45,565 nt of DNA, taken from the NCBI RefSeq assembly GCF_036365525.1, contig NW_027140453.1, forward strand, positions 1,364,001 through 1,409,565, written 5' to 3'. The notes below the pieces were generated by a model. It was not told where the DNA came from. It was given only the letters and a program-made list of their open reading frames with translations, and searched no databases. Below are positions 23,311 through 35,897 of the stretch, piece by piece; positions within the stretch are counted from its first letter, which is position 1, and each line of letters opens with the position of its first letter. Made by a program: the position numbers and the translations under genes. Origin of the DNA: Heterodontus francisci (taxonomy: Eukaryota).

Positions 23311-23866
23311 TCCCCTTATTGTCTCTATCTCTGTCTCCCTCTCTGTCTCAGTCTCTTTAACTCTGTCTGTCGTTTTTGCTTTCTCTCACTAGATCTCTCT
23401 CTGTCACACACATACACTATCTTCCCTTCTCTAACAAAGTGGGTGTCCTTGTCCTGTTCATGTATATCAAGCTGGATCTGCAGACCTCCCGCTCTTTCCG
23501 TTTTCTCACTAAATCCTTTTCAAAGCCATTGTCCATTCCATGGTCCTGGAACCCCCTCTGCTGTCCCTGTGCAGAAGGTAAACACAGGGTCAGTGCATAA
23601 AAAATCCAGATTATTGTCATTGATTCCGGATAGTTACATTCTGAGATCTCGTGACATCCTTATTCATCGTTCATTGCACCCTCGCCAGTACCTGTAAATC
23701 TAAAATCTCACTACAATATTAACTCAGCTCTTTTTATTGTAATAAACACTTTCACTCTGCAAAAGGGAACAGCAGGTCGAGGCACCGAACGGTTTTACCC
23801 TCCACAGGTGTTTCCTGCTGCCTTTCGGGTTTTTGTTGAATTGCTCCATCTCTCTGAGTCACTGTG

Positions 23867-24162
23867 ATGACTCCAGGCACAGGAATATACGGCCGAATGA
23901 TTCTCCCGTCGGCTGGAGGACTCCAGGTCGAACGTGGAGTCAGTCGGTCTTTCGGTGGTGAAAGCCTCCACCGTCCCCTTTGAGTTCACCCCTTGTGCAG
24001 TTAGGGAGTAAAACATCAGCTGCAGCTCCTTCCCCGGGTATTGTCTGTACCAGTATATGTAAGGGTCACTGCTACCATCCACGGTGCATTTCAGCTTCAC
24101 CTGCTCACCAGGAAATTTGGAGACAGCGGCGGGAGTCTGGTTTATAGTCTGTGAGTTCACAT
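23867..24162 (-). pseudogene. TRBV: Leaderless TRBV30-like V exon (open frame, intact RSS)
   Basis: DVNSQTINQTP..C..WYRQ..YSCAWS; 23-RSS 23828-23866 is perfect; comparison with 36320-36420 shows the whole leader exon deleted near 24300. Confidence 0.85.
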
Positions 24163-25931
24163 CTGGGAAAGAGACAGGGAGAGGACGAGATCAATAAACA
24201 GGGAACTTCAGTCCAGTGGGGAGAGAGAAAGAAATAGATAAATAAATAAAAACATAACCAAAAGAAATGTGAAGTAGAAATATTGTTTCAATGAAATCTC
24301 AATGAATCAGCAAAGGGGAGAGAGCAGGAGTGATGAGTGCTGTCAATAACCAACCCACTCTTTACAAATCATTGGAAGGAACAGGATCTGTATCTGTGTG
24401 TGTGTATGCGCGTGTGTGCATCTTCCTCTCTCTTTCTTACTATTTGTTGCTCACTCTCTCTCTGCATGTATCGAGCTTTGTCTCCCATTCTTTCTCTCTC
24501 TTTTTCTCTCTGTATCTGTGTGTGCGCACGCGTGTGTGTGCATCTTCCTCTCTCTGTCTCCCTCTGACCCCTTCATTTATGCTGAGTGTTTCCTCTCTAT
24601 GTCTCCCTGATTCACCCTCTCTGTCTCGATGTTTAATCGCCAGATGTATTGAGTTCCTGTACATTTGGGAGTTGTTCGCCTCTTTGCAGTGAAGGTTAGA
24701 GGGAGGTTAACCAGACTGGTGCCAGGGATGAGGGACTTCAGTTACTGTGGAGAGACTGGAGAAGCTGGGGGTTTCTCTCCTTAGAGCAGAGAAGGTTAAT
24801 GGTAGATGTGATCCAGATATTGAAGATCATAGAGGATTTTGATAGATAATTGATGATGAAGGACATCTTCTACTGGTTAATATATAGAAAATCTATGAAA
24901 AGACATTCATTTGTTACATTACTGCAGTATATTTAATTAGTTCACACGAACTGTAATCGCCTAAAGATAGAGTTAGATGGATACAGAGACAGAGAGATAT
25001 TTAAACAGGTAGAGAGATAGATAGATAGAGAGACAAAGAGATCGACAACCAGGTAGAGCGATAGATAGAGAGAGAGACAGTCAGGTAGACAGATTGATAT
25101 AGAGAGAGGTAGAGAAATAGAGAGATGGAGGGAAAGTCAGATAGGTAGAGAAATATCGAGCTAGATAGAGAGACAGTCAGGTAGACAGATAGATATAGAG
25201 AGAGGGAGAGAAATCGAGAGATAGATAGAGAGACAGTCACTGCCCCTGTAAAAGACAGGAATGTATATCGGCATTCTCTCATTTTACACCAGCTTGGTAG
25301 ATAGAGTGAGAGAGAGGGATGGAAATAAAGGGAGAGAGAGGGATGGAGAGAGATGGATGGAGAGAGGGATGGAGAGGGAGAGAGTGGAATGCAGAGAGGG
25401 AGCGATGGGAATGTATTGATCAGTCGTGATCTCATTGAAGGGCGGAGTGTTTCCGAGGTGATGAATGTTCTCGTTGTGTTCCCAGGTCACTGTCAAAGTG
25501 TGTTCCAGACTCTGATGTTTATCATGGTCCTACAGTGCACTCTGCTGTCCCTTTGGAGAAATAAAACACAGTGACATAACACNNNNNNNNNNNNNNNNNN
25601 NNNNNNNNNNNNNNNNNNNNNNNNNNNNNNNNNNNNNNNNNNNNNNNNNNNNNNNNNNNNNNNNNNNNNNNNNNNNNNNNNNNNNNNNNNNNNNNNNNNN
25701 NNNNNNNNNNNNNNNNNNNNNNNNNNNNNNNNNNNNNNNNCTTTATCTGATCTTCATTTCACATATTAAAATATTTATTAACCTCTCAAAGACCGCTGAA
25801 CGTTGACCCTTCAGTCTTCACCTTTGTGGAGCAAAGATCCCCCGATGCTCAAATTATCTTGATAACTTTAACCTCTGTGTTCTGATATCATTCCTGTAAA
25901 GTCTATTTCACAATTCCCCTGTGTTTCTATA

Positions 25932-26043
25932 TCTTCGTCTTCTTTGGCCTCCTTATCTCGAGAGACAATGAGTAAGCGCCTGGAGGTGGTCAGTGGTGTG
26001 TGGAGCAGCGCCTGGAGTGGCTATAAAGGCAAATTCTAGAGTG
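25932..26043. mobile_element. Short insertion, probable retroelement end, in a V 3' flank
   Basis: Present here but absent from the paralogous flanks at ~34100 and ~39650. Confidence 0.5.
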
Positions 26044-26207
26044 ACTTTCTATTAAATTTCGCCCTGTCTTCTTGTGAAAAACATGTTCCCAATAATAAAA
26101 AAACAACACCCAACAAGACGCAGCACCACCTGGTTTTATCTGAAACAGGTGTTTCCTGCTGCCTTTGGGGTTTTTGTTGAACTGCTCCATCTCTCTGAGT
26201 CACTGTG

Positions 26208-26659
26208 AAGACTCCAGGCACAGAAATACACGGCCGAGTGATTTTCCTACAGGCTGGAGGACTCCAGGTTGAACTGGGAGTCAGTCGGTCTCTCGGCAGT
26301 AAAACCGTCCACCGTCCCCTCTGGATCCACATAGTTAGCAGTATTGGAGTAAAACATCAGCAGCGGCTCCTTCCCCGGCTCTTGTCTGTACCAGTACATG
26401 TAGAGGGTACTGCTGCTCCCCTCCACAGTGCACCTCAGTTCCATTCCTTTCCCGGGAAATCTGGAGACAGCGGCGGGAGTCTGGTGGATATTCTTTGAGT
26501 TCACATCTGGGAGAGAGATGGAGAGAGGAGGAGATCAGTAAACAGGGAACTTCTGGGAATGAAAGAAAAACAGGGAGAGGAGAGAAAGGTTCTGAAGGAT
26601 AATCCTTGTATTTGGCACTCACGTTGAACCAGGATTATCAGAGCCAGGAACAGATACAT
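26208..26659 (-). pseudogene. TRBV: TRBV30-like pseudogene (in-frame TAG in FR3)
   Basis: Leader 26623-26659 (MYLFLALIILVQ, GTGAGT); V exon 26208-26506 with TAG at 26247-26249; perfect 23-RSS 26169-26207. Confidence 0.9.
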
Positions 26660-27049
26660 CGCCCACTTGACACTGCCCTCTCAAACAGCAAAGGCAGTGG
26701 AACAGAGGGGATCAGTTCTGTGACTAACCAATCCGCTCTTTACAAATCATTGAGGAAAACATGAAGGGCATGAGGAAGTGATGCAGTGTTGGACACGCCC
26801 CTTTCCACCACCCAACCAATCAGAATGGACGTGGTTGCTTTTGATGGTTGAGTGACTGGATTAAGTGTTGTTAATATCCCCAACAAGGGTGTCTGTTGTT
26901 CAGTTTCTAATTTACTGATTAGAACTCTCCAGTTGTTCATATCCAGATTTCCAAATGAACCTCATCGGCATTCCCAAATTACCCACATGTAGATTTCCAA
27001 TTACAGACATCTGGATTCCAAATGATCTGCTCCTGTCGGGGATGTATTA

Positions 27050-27425
27050 GTGTGTTGGTAATTTAACGAGACTCCTAATCCACAGTCTCTGCTAGTGTTT
27101 TAGCGATGTGGGGTGAATCCCACCAATGCAGATCATGAAATTTCAATGCCATTAATAAATCTGGATTTTTTTTTGGAAAGAAAGCTCGTCTAATCGTGTC
27201 CATTGTTTCAAAAATCCATCCAGTTCTCTGACGACTATGAGGGAAGGAAATCTGCCGCCTTCACCTGGTCTGGCCTACATGTGACTCCAGATCCACACAA
27301 TGTGTTTGACTATTAAATGCCCTCTGCAATGGCCCAGCAAGCCTCTCAGTTCAAGGGCAATTAGAGATGGGCAATAAATGCTGGCCTAACCAGCGAGGCC
27401 CACATCACATGAACGAATTAAGAAA
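27050..27425 (+). mobile_element. Ancient SINE-like remnant
   Basis: Core GGAAGGAAATCTGCC also occurs inverted at ~33045-33060; tail ...CCCACATCACATGAACGAATTA. Family not assigned. Confidence 0.45.
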
Positions 27426-27569
27426 ACAACAGCTAGATGTTGATTCTCAAATAGTCAGGTGGGACTCCTGGCAAACGTTTTCTGCAACACTGGCCCGAGG
27501 GATGTAGGTGGAACAATATCTGGGTCATACTGGGCTGCTGATCTATTCTACAGCTTGGTCTGTGCTCAT

Positions 27570-30500
27570 TTTGGATATACCGTTTTGGATACTGTTGGGG
27601 GGGGGACGACTTACCAGGGGTAAGCAATGGGGTACAGGTCTCTGGTGCAGAGTCTGTCCCTGTTGCTCAGAAGGGAAGGGGGAAGAGGAGCAGAGCATTA
27701 GACATTAGGGACTCCATAGTTAGGGGAACAGAGAGGAGGTTCTGTGGGAACGAGAGAGACTCACGGTTGGTGTGTTGCCTCCCAGGTGCCAGGGTTTGTG
27801 ATGTCTCGGATAGTGTTTTTGGGATCCTTAAGGGGTAGGGGGAGCAGCCCCAAGTCGTGGTCCACATAGGCACCAACGACATAGGTAGGAAGAGAGATGT
27901 GGATTTAAGGCAGAAATTCAGGGAGCTAGGGTGGAAGCTTCGAGCGAGAACAAACAGAGTTGTTATCTCTGGGTTCTTGCCCGTGCCACGTGCTAGCGAA
28001 GCGAGGAATAGGGAGAGAGAGGAGTTGAACACGTGGCTGCAGGGATGGTGTAGGAGGGAGGGTTTTGGTTTCCTGGATAATTGGGGCTCTTTCTGGGGTA
28101 GGTGGGACCTCTACAAACAGGATGGTCTTCACCTGAACCAGAGGGGTACCAATATCCTGGGGGGGAGATTTGCTAGTGATCTTCGGGGGGGTTTAAACTT
28201 ATTCAGCAGGGGGATGGGAACCTAAATTGTAGTTCAAGTGTGCAGGCTGTTGAAAGTAGTGAGGTAGGGGATAAGGTTACAGGGACGCAAGAGGGCACTG
28301 GCAAGCAAGAACTTGGTTTAAAGTGTGTCTACTTCAACGCCAGCAGCATCCGGAATAAGGTGGGTGAGCTTGCAGCATGGGTTGGTACCTGGGATCTCGA
28401 TGTTGTGGCCATTTCGGAGACATGGGTAGAGCAGGGACAGGAATGGATGCTGCAGGTTCCGGGATTTAGATCTTTCAGTAAGAACAGAGAAGATGGTAAA
28501 AGAGGGGAGTGGGGGTGGGGTGTGGCATTGTTAATCAAGGAGAGTATTACGGCGGCAGAAAGGACGTTTGAGGACTCGTCCACTGAGGTAGTATGGGCCG
28601 AGGTTAGATACAGGAGAGGAGAGGTCACCGTGTTGGGAGTTTTCTATGGACCTGTGGGGCGGCACAGTGGCACAGTGGTTAGCACTGCAGCCTCACAGCT
28701 CCAGGGACCCGGGTTTGATTCTGGGTACTGCCTATGTGCAGTTTGCAAGTTCTCCCTGTGTCTGCGTGGGTTTTCTCCGGGTGCTGCGGTTTCCTCCCAC
28801 AAGCCAAAAGACTTGCAGGTTGGTAGGTAAATTGGCCATTATAAATTGTCACTAGTATAGGTAGGTGGTAGGGAAATATAGGGACAGGTGGGGATGTTTG
28901 GTAGGAATATGGGATTAGTGTAGGATTGGTATAAATGGGTGGTTGATGGTCGGCACAGACTAGGTGGGCCGAAGGGCCTGTTTCAGTGCTGTATGTCTAA
29001 TCTAATCTAATCTAGACCTCCGAATAGTTCCAGAGATGTAGAGGAGAGGATAGCAAAGATGATTCTCGACAGCAGCGAGAGTAACAGGATAGTTGTTATG
29101 GGGGACTTAAACTTTCCAAATATTGACTGGAAATACCATAGTTTGAGTACTTTAGATGGGTCAGTTTTTGTCCAGTGTGTGCAGGAGGGTTTTCTGACAC
29201 AGTATGTAGACAGGCCAACCAGGGGCGATGCCGCATTGGATTTGGTACTGGGTAATGAACCCGGCCAGGTGTTAGATTTAGATGTAGGTGAGCACTTTGG
29301 TGATAGTGATCACAATTCGGTTAGGTTTACCTTAGCAATGGGCAGGGACAGGCATATACAGCAGGGCAAGAATTATAGCTGGGGGAAAGGAAATTATGAT
29401 GCGATTAGGCAAGATTTAGGATGCGTAGGATGGGGAAGGAAACTGCAGGGGATGGGCACAATCGAAATGTGGAGCTTATTCAAGGAGCAGCTACTGCGTG
29501 TCCTTGATAAGTATGTACCTGTCAGGCAGGGAGGAAGTTGTCGAGCGAGGGAGCCGTGGTTTACTAAAGAAGTTGAAGCGCTTGTCAAGAGGAAGAAGAA
29601 GGCTTATGTTAGGATGAGACGTGAAGGCTCAGTTTGGGCGCTTGAGAGTTACAAGCTAGCCAGGAAGGATCGAAAGGGAGAGCTTGGAAGAGCGAGGAGA
29701 GGACACGAGAAGTCATTGGCGGATAGGATCAAGGAAAACCCTAAGGCTTTCTATAGGTATATCAGGAATAAAAGAATGACTAGAGTTAGATTAGGGCCAA
29801 TCAAGAATAGTAGTGGGAAGTTGTGTGTGGAATCAGAGGAGATAGGGGTTGCGTTAAATGAATATTTAGCATCAGTATTTACAGTAGAGAAAGAAAATGT
29901 TGTCGAGGAGAATACTGAGATACAGACTACTAGGCTAGATGGGATTGAGGTTCACAAGGAGGAGGTGTTAGCAATTTTGGAAAGTGTGAAAATAGATAAG
30001 TCCCCTGGGCCAGATGAGATTTATCCTAGGATTCTCTGGGAAGCCAGGGAGGAGATTGCAGAGCCTTTGTCCTTGATCTTTATGTCGTCATTGTTGACAG
30101 GAAAAGTGTCGGAAGACTGGAGGATAGCAAATGTTGTCCCCTTGTTCAGGAAGGGGAGTAGAGACAGCCCTGGTAATTATAGACCTGTGAGCCTTACTTC
30201 GGTTGTGGGTAAAATGTTGGAAAAGGTTATAAGAGATAGGATTTATAATCATCTTGAAAAGAATAAGTTCATCAGCGATAGTCAGCACGGTTTTGTGAAG
30301 GGTAGGTCGTGCCTCACAAACCTTATTGAGTTTTTTGAGATGGTGACCAAACAGGTGGATGAGGGTAAAGCAGTGGATGTGGTGTATATGGATTTCAGTA
30401 AGGCGTTTGGTAAGGTTCCCCACGGTAGGCTATTGCAGAAAATACGGAAGTATGGGATTGAAGGTGATTTAGTGATTTGGATCAGAAATTGGCTCGCTGA

Positions 30501-31540
30501 AAGAAGACAGAGGGTGGTGGTTGATGGTAAATGTTCATCCTGGAGTTTAGTTACTAGTGGTGTACCGCAAGGATCTGTTTGGGGGCCACTGCTGTTTGTC
30601 ATTTTTATAAATGACCTGGATGAGGGTGTAGAAGGGTGTGTTAGTAAATTTGTGGATGACACGAAGGTCGGTGGAGTTGTGGATATTGCCGAAGGATGTT
30701 GTTGGTTACAGATGGACATAGATAGGCTGCAGAGCTGGGCTGAGAGATGGAAAATGGAGTTAAATGCGGAAAAGTGTGAGGTGATTCACTTTGGAAGGAG
30801 TAACAGGAATGCAGAGTACTGGGCTAATGGGAAGATTCTTGGTAGTGTCGATGAGCAGAGAGATCTTGGTGTCCAGGTACATAAATCCCTGAAAGTTGCC
30901 ACCCAGGTTAATAGGGCTGTTAAGAAGGCATACGGTGTGTTAGTTTTTATTAGTAGGGGGATCGAGTTTCGGAGCCACGAGGTCATGCTGCAGCTGTACA
31001 AAACTCTGGTGCGGCCGCACCTGGAGTATTGCGTGCAGTTCTGGTCACCGTATTATAGGAAGGATGTGGAAGCTTTGGAAAGGGTACAGAGGAGATTTAC
31101 TAGGTTGTTGCCTGGTGTGGAGGGAAGGTCTTATGAGGAAAGGCTGAGGGACTTGAGGTTGTTTTCGTTGGAGAGAAGGAGGAGGAGAGGTGACTTAATA
31201 GAGACATATAAGATAATCAGAGGATTAGATAGGTTGGATAGTGAGAGTCTTTTTCCTCAGATGGTGATGGCAAACACGAGGGAACATAGCTTTAAGTTGA
31301 GGGGTGATAGATATAGGACAGATGTCAGAGGTAGTTTCTTTACTCAGAGAGTAGTAGGGGCGTGGAACGCCCTGCCTGCAACAGTAGTAGACTCGCCAAC
31401 TTTAAGGGCATTTAAGTGGTCATTGGATAGACATATGGATGAAAATGGTATAGTTTAGGTCAGATGGTTTCACAGGTCGCCGCAACATCGAGGGCCGAAG
31501 CGCCTGGACTGCGCTGTAATGTTCTAAGTTCTGTGTTCTA
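27570..31540 (+). mobile_element. Near full-length CR1 LINE: ORF1 SGNH-esterase region + ORF2 (endonuclease-RT), split by a SINE
   Basis: ORF1 motifs GDSIVRG, HIGTNDIG, DGLHLN (with an internal stop); ORF2 starts CVYFNA.SIRNK..ISETW and resumes after the SINE (ORF 29059..31458); RT motif altered to FVDD. Confidence 0.95.
28654..29014 (+). mobile_element. tRNA-derived SINE (HE1-like) nested in CR1 ORF2
   Basis: Pol III A-box TGGCACAGTGG and B-box-like GGTTTGATTC; CR1-type 3' end GGGCCGAAGGGCCTGTT + (CTAAT)n; GACCT duplicated at 28649-28653 and 29015-29019. Confidence 0.85.
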
Positions 31541-31571
31541 TTACTGGGTCCATAACCATCAGGGAGGCTCA

Positions 31572-31790
31572 AATCCACTGCTGCCAACTGCTGGTGGAAA
31601 ATGAGCACTGAGATTCAATCTACTGCTGCCCCCTGCCGGTGGAAGATGAGCACAGCGATTCAATCTACTGTTGCCCCCTGTCGGGGGAAAATGAGGACAG
31701 ACATTCAATCTACTGCTGCCCCTGCTGGTGGAAGATGAACACTGACATTCAATCTACTGCTGCCCCCTGCCGGTGGATGATGAGCACTGA
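31572..31790 (-). promoter_or_regulatory. Tandem array of 5 x 45-bp units with CTCF-like motifs, directly 3' of a V RSS
   Basis: Minus cores CCGGCAGGGGGCAG (x2), CCGACAGGGGGCAA, CCAGCAGTTGGCAG, CCAGCAGGGGCAG; same unit length and core as 12780-13070. Confidence 0.72.
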
Positions 31791-31849
31791 ACTCCCGTTC
31801 ATCCGCTGCAGGTTCTTGCAGCTGCGAATCCGCTTTCTCAAACACTGTG

Positions 31850-32616
31850 CGATACTGCAAGCACAGAAATAGACAGCGGTGTGAGATGGAGCAGCGTTTC
31901 TCAGTGCCAAAGTAAACAGTGCATTGCTGGATCTGACTGCATTAAATGACTCAGACGTGTAATTTGTAACAGACCCTTCTGTCGCAGAATAGAACAGAGA
32001 TTCCAGTGCCCTGTCTGGTTGTTGTCTGTACCAGTACATTAATGTACAGCCAGTATTGGTCAGCGTGCATCTGAGTGTTGTTGAATCTCCTGCTGCAATC
32101 GATAGGATAGAGGGCGACTGTTCCACATAGGAGGCGAGTATTCCTGTGGGATGGAACATCGATTAAATTATTATTTCAGTCAATAATGGATTGGAGCAGG
32201 AGCTGCATTGCAAGAAAGAAAGGGCTGACATTAATATAGCGCCGTTCAGGACCTCAAGACATCAGAAAGGCTTTGCAACCAATGTAGTTACTCCCTCAGT
32301 ACTGCCTCTGCGACAGTGCAGCACTCCCTCAGTACTGCCTCTGCGATAGTGCAGCACTCCCTCAGTACTGCCTCTGCGACAGTGCAGCACTCCCTCAATA
32401 CTGCCTCTGCGATAGTGCAGCACTCCCTCAGCCCTGACACCTGGGGTGTTACTTTTGACTTTGAGCTCAAGTGTTGCGGAGTGAGACTCAGACACAGGAG
32501 TGTTCCAGACAGAATCACCGCTGACATTACAATACATTATTCTACACAGTTTCTGACTTTCACTTACGTGGAAAGAATGCAGCCATCAAGATTAAACAGA
32601 GAACTTCATGCAACAT
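31850..32616 (-). CDS. TRBV: Divergent TCR beta-type V gene segment, intact: leader 32568-32616, V exon 31850-32143
   Basis: MLHEVLCLILMAAFFP-R-ILASYVEQSP..LRCTLTNTGCTLMYWYRQ..HTAVYFCACSI; GTAAGT donor and CAG acceptor; 23-RSS CACAGTG (31849-31843)-23-GCAAGAACC (31819-31811). Confidence 0.9.
32288..32430. repeat. 33-bp tandem repeat (CACTCCCTCAGTACTGCCTCTGCGACAGTGCAG) x~4 in the V intron
   Basis: Directly visible. Confidence 0.9.
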
Positions 32617-32899
32617 GATTTCTTCATTCGATACTAACTCGATGTGTGAACGTGTGGAGTTTTCAACAACACACTTGCAGGCGTTTTCTATATCGTATCC
32701 AATTAAATACCCAGCATCCAGTTGTCATTGTTATTGGCAGTCACTTACTGCGACACTCTGCTCCACCCCATTACATTGCATAACAATGTTGTGGAATGAT
32801 ACAACACAGGAGGATAGGGGGAGATTGAATAGAGGTGTTCACATTTCAGAAAGGGCTTTGATAGAGTAGAATTCAGGGAAACAAGCCTCTATACCCAGA

Positions 32900-33270
32900 G
32901 AGTGTGCCCATCCCTTATTGACCCTGAGAAGGTGATGGTGAACCATCTTTGGGAGTACCTGCTGGGCCATATCAGAGGGCAGTTAATAGTCAACCTCATT
33001 GCTGTGGGTCTGCAGTCACTTATAGGCCAGACCGGGTAAGAACGGCAGATTTCCTTCCTTGAAGGACATCAATGAATCCGTTGGGTTTTTACGACACTCC
33101 ATGTACAGGATTACTCATACTTTCCATGACAGATTTCTATTTATTTATTTAATTGAATTTAAATTCCATTTCTGCCCCTGGTGAAAATTGAACTCATGTC
33201 CGGGGATCATTAGTACAGGCCTCTGGATTACTAGTCCAGTAAAATAACCACTCTGCTACCGTACCTCTTT
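32900..33270 (-). mobile_element. Ancient SINE-like remnant, inverted relative to 27050-27425
   Basis: GGCAGATTTCCTTCC is the reverse complement of the core at ~27245. Confidence 0.4.
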
Positions 33271-33859
33271 GCTGAATGGGAGTTAAAGGGTTAAATTGTT
33301 CACTGGTCTGAACTGCTGGTTTCTTTGAAGAACACATCAAATGCGACTCGAGTCTGAGATGAAAGTTGGTAAACAGGTTTCAGCAGCTTCTGATCTCGCC
33401 GTCAGGAGGCAGATGTCCCAGTCCCGGAGATGAAGGTATCTGGAGAGGGGTCTCACTTTTGAACAGTGTGAAACAGCGCTCAGATGGTTAAGAGTTCCGA
33501 GCTGAGTTAGTTCCTATACATTGTGGGGTTGTTTGCCTACGTGTAGTGAGGGCTAGAGAGAGGGAGAGGTTTGGAGGGAGAGGGATGGAGAGAGGGAGAG
33601 AGAGGAAGAGAGAGGGATGGAGAGAGAGGGATGGAGAGAGGGAGAGAGAGGGATGGAGAGAGGGATCGACAGGACGTTACTGATCAGTCATGATCTCATT
33701 GAAGGGCGGAGTGTTTTCGAGGTGATGAATGAACTCCTTGTGTTCCCAGGTCGCTGTTAAAGTGTGTTCCAGACTCTGATGTTTATCATGGTCCTGCAGC
33801 GCACTCTGCTGTCCCTTTGGAGAAAGAAAACACCGTGACATCCAACGACAACGGATGTA

Positions 33860-33890
<31 letters not shown>

Positions 33891-34271
33891 CTCTAACTAT
33901 CTACCTGTGTTTATCTGATCTTCATTTCACATATTAAAATCTGTAATAATCTCTCTAAGACCGTTGAATGCTTACCCTTCAGTTTCTCCTTTCTGGAGCA
34001 AAGATCCCCCGATGTTCAAACTATCTTGATAACTTTAACCTCTGTGTTCTGATATCATTTCTGCAAAGTCTATTCCACAATTCCCCTGTGCTTCTATATC
34101 TAACCTGTCACTTTCTATTTAAATCCGCACTGTCTTCTTGTGAGAAACATGTTCCCAATGATAAAAAAAACAACCAACAGGAAGCAGCACCGACTGGGTT
34201 TATCTGAAACAGGTGTTTCCTGCTGCCTTTGGGGTTTTTGTTGAACTTCTCCATCTCTCTGAGTCACTGTG

Positions 34272-34727
34272 AAGACTCCAGGCACAGAAATACATGGCTG
34301 AGTGATTCTCCCGCAGGTTGGAGGACTCCAGTTTGAACTCGTACTTACTCAGTTTCTTGGCGGTAAAACCGTCCACCGTCCCCTCTGGATCCACATAGTT
34401 AGCAGTATTGGAGTAAAACATCAACAGCGGCTCCTTCCCTGGCTCTTGTCTGTACCAGTACATGTAGATGATACTGCTGCTCCCCTCCACTGTGCACCTC
34501 AGTTCCACTCCTTTCCCGGGAAATCTGGAGACAGCAGCGGGAGTCTGGAGGATAGTCTGTGAGTTCACATCTGGGAGAGAGATGGAGAGAGGAGGAGATC
34601 AGTAAACAGGGAAGTTCTGGGGATGAAAGGGAGACAGGGAGAAGAGGGGACAGTTATTACCGATAGTTTTTGCATTTCACACTCACTTACAATGAAACAA
34701 GATTATCAGACACAGTAACTGATAGAT
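34272..34727 (-). pseudogene. TRBV: TRBV30-like V with start codon lost (ATG>ATC); V exon open, RSS perfect
   Basis: Leader 34691-34727 begins ATC TAT CAG (paralogue at 40278 has ATG), with an in-frame TGA just upstream; V exon 34272-34570; 23-RSS 34233-34271. Confidence 0.85.
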
Positions 34728-34918
34728 CTTTCACTTCAACTTGTTCTCTTAATAGACACAGGAGTGAGATCAGGAGCTTAGACTCTTGTGAGGCTCCAAA
34801 TCAACTCTTTACAAATCATTGGGAGGAACATGAAGAGCATTAGGAAGTGATACAATGTTGGAGACGCCCATTCACCCAGGTCAACAAATCAGAATTGAAT
34901 TGGCTGCCAATCTGCTTC

Positions 34919-34951
<33 letters not shown>

Positions 34952-35897
34952 ATCTCTATCTCAGTTTACCTTCCGCTTTCTTGCGCTCTCTCTCTGTCTC
35001 TCTCTCTTTTGCTCTCCTCATGTGTCTAGGGTTATGTCTCCCACTCTCTTCCTTTCTCAGACTCTCTCTCCCTCTCTATCTCAGTCTATCTTCGCTCAAT
35101 TTCTCTCTCTGACACTCCCTCTCTCCTCATGTATCTAAGGTTATGTCTCCCATTCTCTCCTTCTCTCTGACTCTCCCTCTCTCATACTCTTGTTATCTCT
35201 TTAGTTATTTCCCTGTCTCTGTCTCTCTCTAGATCTATCTCCCTATCTGTCACAGGCTCTTTATCGCAGTCTCTCTTTCTCTCCGTCTCTCTCTCAGTGT
35301 CTCTCTCTCTCTCTCTCATTTGTGTCTCTTGCTGTCTCACTGTCTTTGCCTCTTTCTGCGTCTCCCTCTCTGTCTCAGTCTCTTTAACTCTGTCCGTCGA
35401 TTTTTCTCTCTCTCTCTAGATCTCGCTCTCTCTTTCACACACATACACTCACTTTCTCTCTCTAAAGGAGTAGGTGTCCTTGTCCTGTTGATGTTTATCA
35501 AGCTGGATCTACATGATCTCCTGCTCTCTTAGTTTTCTCACTAAATCCTTCTCAAAGCCATTGTCCGGTCCATGGTGCTGGATCCCCCTCTGCTGTCCCT
35601 TTGGAGAAGGTAAACACAGGGTCAGTGTATGAATACCCAGATTATTGTCATTGATTCCTGATAGTTACATTCTGAGATCTCGTGACATCCTTATTAATCG
35701 TTCATTGCACCCTCGGCAGTTCCTGTAAATCTAGTGTGTCACTACAACCATAACTCAACTCTTTTTATTGTAACAAACACTTTCACTCTGCATAAGGAAA
35801 CAACAGGTCGAGGCATCGAACGGTTTTACCCTCCACAGGTGTTTCCTGCTGCCTTTGGGGTTTTTGTTGAACTGCTCCATCTCTCTGAGTCACTGTG

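Noticed and set aside
23417-23620. Conserved flank module as a spliced exon (pyrimidine tract-AG then GGACAGCAG...)
   Set aside because: No conserved upstream donor and frames are not preserved among copies; a CTCF-like motif explains the conserved core better.
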